64,000 nt of DNA from an uncultured Actinomycetota bacterium. GTDB lineage: Bacteria > Actinomycetota > Actinomycetes > JAHEKZ01. Positions 61,057-64,000 of the stretch are shown one piece after another (the stretch's first letter is position 1; every line of letters starts with the position of its first letter). The translations under genes were made by a program, and so were the position numbers. Below the pieces are notes generated by a model. It searched no databases. It worked only from the letters and a program-made list of their open reading frames with translations, and was not told where the DNA came from. The stretch lies in contig CAVURN010000001.1 of NCBI GenBank assembly GCA_963743915.1, forward strand, positions 416,001-480,000, read 5' to 3'.

Positions 61057-62245
61057 GGATGCCGCTGAGGGTTTCGACAAGTGCGGTGACGTCGCTGCTG
61101 TCGTTGTAGTGATGCAGCGAGACACGGATCCCACCACCGCGAGAACTGACGACGACTCCGGCCTCGGCGAGGAGTCGCTGCACCTCGACGGCATCGTGTG
61201 TGGGGTGCCGAAGCGAGACGATGTGGCTGGTGGCGGCGGGGGAGTCCAGCGGGCGGAAGGGCGTCCAACCCAGACGCACGACGCGGCGAACGAGCTCTTG
61301 TGCCAGCTCATCGGCGTGCTCGGCGATCGCGGTCATCCCGATCCGGGTCAGGAGGGCGAGGGACTCCGAGAGGCTGATCGCCGACCCGTAAGCCATCGTC
61401 GACAGCTCAAACCGTCGGGCGTCGGGGGCCAGTGACAGCCGGTCAGGGTGGAAGTCGAAGGGGTCTGCCGCACCCTTCCAACCGACGAGGTGCGGCGTCT
61501 CTTCGACCAGCTTCTCGTTCACGGCCAGCAGGGCCACTCCGCCATGCGCGGACAACCATTTGTAGCCACTGCACACCACAGCGTCGACACCCCAGTCGCG
61601 CATACTCATAGGTGCCGCCCCCGCCAGCTGCGTGACATCCACGATCACCTTCGCGCCGACCTTGCGCGATCGTCGGACGATCGCGTGGACGTCGATGAGC
61701 GAACCGGTCGCGTACTGGACGGCACCGATACAGACCGTCGATGTGTCTTCCTGGATCGCTTCGATGAGCGCCTCGGTGATGTCCTGCGACGGCCGGTCCT
61801 CGACCCACCTGATCCGGGTGCCCATCCGCTGTTGGGCACCCAGCCAGGGGAAGGTGACACTCGGGAAGTCGGTACGGATCAGGACGACCGCACCAGGGCG
61901 CGACGCCTGGATGGCAGCCAGCTGCCCAAGTGCCTCGCTTGCACCGCCCACCACTGCGATCGATGCCGTCGGGGCGTCGAGGAAGGAGGCCGCTGACGCG
62001 CGCAGCTCGTCGAGGATCCTCGCCTCCTGCGCGTCGGAAAGAACCAGGTTGCCGAGTTGGGCGACATCGACGACGAAGCGGACCATTGCGTCGGTCGATG
62101 CCTGCGGAACAATGCCCAACGACGCCTGATTGAGGTAGAGGCAGCTCTGCAGGGCTGCGAACGTCTCGCGTGGCACCAGCGAGCTCAAGATCACGGGGCT
62201 CACCTCCGCGGTCAGCTGCACGTCCCGAGAAGCGGCAGCGGTCAT
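61046..62245 (-). CDS. Aminotransferase class V PLP-dependent enzyme
   Basis: YLNQASLG, DFPSV, DVTQLAG, SGYKWL, RVSLHHYN. Confidence 0.9.
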   Translation of the reverse strand: MTAAASRDVQLTAEVSPVILSSLVPRETFAALQSCLYLNQASLGIVPQASTDAMVRFVVDVAQLGNLVLSDAQEARILDELRASAASFLDAPTASIAVVGGASEALGQLAAIQASRPGAVVLIRTDFPSVTFPWLGAQQRMGTRIRWVEDRPSQDITEALIEAIQEDTSTVCIGAVQYATGSLIDVHAIVRRSRKVGAKVIVDVTQLAGAAPMSMRDWGVDAVVCSGYKWLSAHGGVALLAVNEKLVEETPHLVGWKGAADPFDFHPDRLSLAPDARRFELSTMAYGSAISLSESLALLTRIGMTAIAEHADELAQELVRRVVRLGWTPFRPLDSPAATSHIVSLRHPTHDAVEVQRLLAEAGVVVSSRGGGIRVSLHHYNDSSDVTALVETLSGIHDR

Positions 62246-62268
62246 TCGGTAGGGGTCATCGCACGCTG

Positions 62269-63840
62269 TCAGGGTGCATCCAGAAACGCGTTCACCTCCG
62301 TCAGGAACACCTGCCAGGCGGGTTCGTCGGCGAGGAGGATGTGGTTGTCGCTCTCCAGGGTGACGAAGCGACTGTTCGGGATGAGGGACGCCAGCAGCTT
62401 CCCCTCCGCGAAGGGAGGTCGCTGATCGTGGCGCGCGTGGAGCACCAGGGTCGGCGCGCGCACCTGGGGCGCTGTGTCGGTCACGTCGATGTGTCCGGAC
62501 ACGTCCATCAACCTGGCGGCATTCTCGGGAGTCGTCGTCAGCCGCTGCAGCTCGTTGAAGGCATCCCAGAGGTCACGCGACGCGGACGGCATGAACTGAG
62601 CGCTGAAGACCTGGCGGAAGACGGGAGTGTCGTGTCCCCAGCCCACGCGCGCAAGCTGGAGGTGCGTTCGGAATATCTCACGCTGCTCCTCTGTGTCAGC
62701 GGCCACGGCACGACCACGTGCAAAGGAGCCGTACAGGACAATGCGGCGAACGCGCTCCGGGTGCCTCGCCGCATAGGCAACGGCGACCGCCGCTCCTTGG
62801 GAGATGCCGAGCAGGTCGACGATCCCGTGTCCGGTGGCGTCGACGACTGCCTCGAGATCATGCACCCATGTCTCGAAGGTGGCGTTCTCCTCGGGGAGCT
62901 CCCAGTCGGACAGGCCGCATCCACGCTCGTCGTAGCGGACGAGCTGACGCCCCCGCGACAGGTCGGTGAGCCAGTGATGCCACACCGGGCTGTGCCAGTC
63001 GTGGTCCAGGTGCGTCAACCAGTTGGCGGCTTTGACCAATGGCGGGCCGTCCCCGGTGATGGCGTAGGCGATGCGCACGTCATCCGACGTGAGGCAGAAG
63101 TGGATGCGTTGGCGCATGCGCATCTCTTCCACCGGCACGACCGGCGCCTTCTCGCGGATGGCTGCGAGTACCGTGTCACGCATCCGTCGAGCCGCCACCC
63201 CCGGCTCGATGTCGAGCTCGCGTCGGAGTGCGGCCTCCATCCGTTCGAACTGCGCCAAGGCCGCGGCGCGATCTCCGTCGGCGACATGCTGCTCCATGAG
63301 CGAGAGGTAAGCGTCCTCGTCGGTCGGGTCCAGAGCGAGCAGGTCCTCCCACTGTCCGGCTTGTCGCAGCAGTCGGTCCCGGAGCAGCAGGAGCCGCTCG
63401 CGCAGCGGAGCGGCCCAGGGTGCGTAGAGGTCCTGCTGGAGCGGTTCGGCCGGCAGCTCGTCGACCACGGTCGATGCTTCGAGGGGATCGCCGGAGGCCA
63501 GGGCGTCTTCGGCGCGGTCTTCCCAATCCGACGCGTCGACCACGATCTCGCGCTCGGGGAAGAGGGACACCAGCTCGTCGCGAAGCACCACGGCGTCGGA
63601 GATGCCGATCGTGCGTCGCGCGTAGTGGGCAGCCTTGTGCAGGCGGGGCGCCGCATCCTCGATGGAGAGTTCGGGCCACAGGCGGTCGATCACCTGATCA
63701 CGGTGCAGGCGGTGCTCCGGGGTGATGGCGAGGACCTTGACCAGCGAAGCCGCGTCCCGCCGCCGCCACTGCGCTCCGGAGACCGACCGTCCGTCCACCG
63801 TGACGCTCAGCGGTTCAAGTACACCAATTGTCACAATCAC
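62269..63840 (-). CDS. Transcriptional activator (SARP-like/BTAD) fused to an alpha/beta hydrolase domain
   Basis: N-terminal HRDQVIDRLWPE...RLHKAAHYARR and TPR/BTAD region; C-terminal YDERGCGLS, GISQG, SDNH. SD GGAGG before the GTG at 63840. Confidence 0.85.
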   Translation of the reverse strand: MIVTIGVLEPLSVTVDGRSVSGAQWRRRDAASLVKVLAITPEHRLHRDQVIDRLWPELSIEDAAPRLHKAAHYARRTIGISDAVVLRDELVSLFPEREIVVDASDWEDRAEDALASGDPLEASTVVDELPAEPLQQDLYAPWAAPLRERLLLLRDRLLRQAGQWEDLLALDPTDEDAYLSLMEQHVADGDRAAALAQFERMEAALRRELDIEPGVAARRMRDTVLAAIREKAPVVPVEEMRMRQRIHFCLTSDDVRIAYAITGDGPPLVKAANWLTHLDHDWHSPVWHHWLTDLSRGRQLVRYDERGCGLSDWELPEENATFETWVHDLEAVVDATGHGIVDLLGISQGAAVAVAYAARHPERVRRIVLYGSFARGRAVAADTEEQREIFRTHLQLARVGWGHDTPVFRQVFSAQFMPSASRDLWDAFNELQRLTTTPENAARLMDVSGHIDVTDTAPQVRAPTLVLHARHDQRPPFAEGKLLASLIPNSRFVTLESDNHILLADEPAWQVFLTEVNAFLDAP

Positions 63841-64000
63841 GTGGCCTCCCGACAGCCATGATCCTGGAAGCGGTCCGCCGATTCCAGGAAGGCGGAGGGT
63901 ACGAAGGTCATCGTTCGCGCTGCTCCGGACGCCAGAGGTGCCTGGGGCTCCAGCCGAGCAGCTGCTGAGCGCCGGTGGAGTCCACAAGCGCGGCGAAAGG

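Overview
High-GC actinobacterial chromosomal segment. Roughly 21-57 kb follows the conserved Actinomycetota block: orphan parA, DEAD helicase, ferritin-like, DUF3107, TetR, moeB, ATL, adnAB, nudC, mycoredoxin, uvrD2, whiB7/wblC, ABC1 kinase, ThiF-like, M48, NUDIX, zinc metalloprotease, moaE, PDZ/Lon, UPF0182 and initiator tRNA-Met. The left third (1-21 kb) is more mosaic. It holds a PilB/GspE ATPase with tandem MshEN motifs, a TPP riboswitch-controlled NCS1 transporter, three scattered ethylmalonyl-CoA-pathway-like genes and an HD-GYP/LuxR-DsrE-methyltransferase cassette. It also holds a corrinoid protein-MetF-RACo-DUF1638 operon that has no methyltransferase, an unassigned structured leader and a sharply bounded G/T-skewed tract in its first gene. 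Non-coding signals include a complete whiB7 uORF attenuator and a DnaA-box cluster away from dnaA. Accessory genes follow the tRNA, including a BTAD-hydrolase regulator, a class V PLP enzyme, a PIG-L enzyme and a serine hydrolase. Four single-base frameshifts in conserved genes most likely reflect sequencing indels. All calls come from motif recognition and recalled synteny; no database searches were run.
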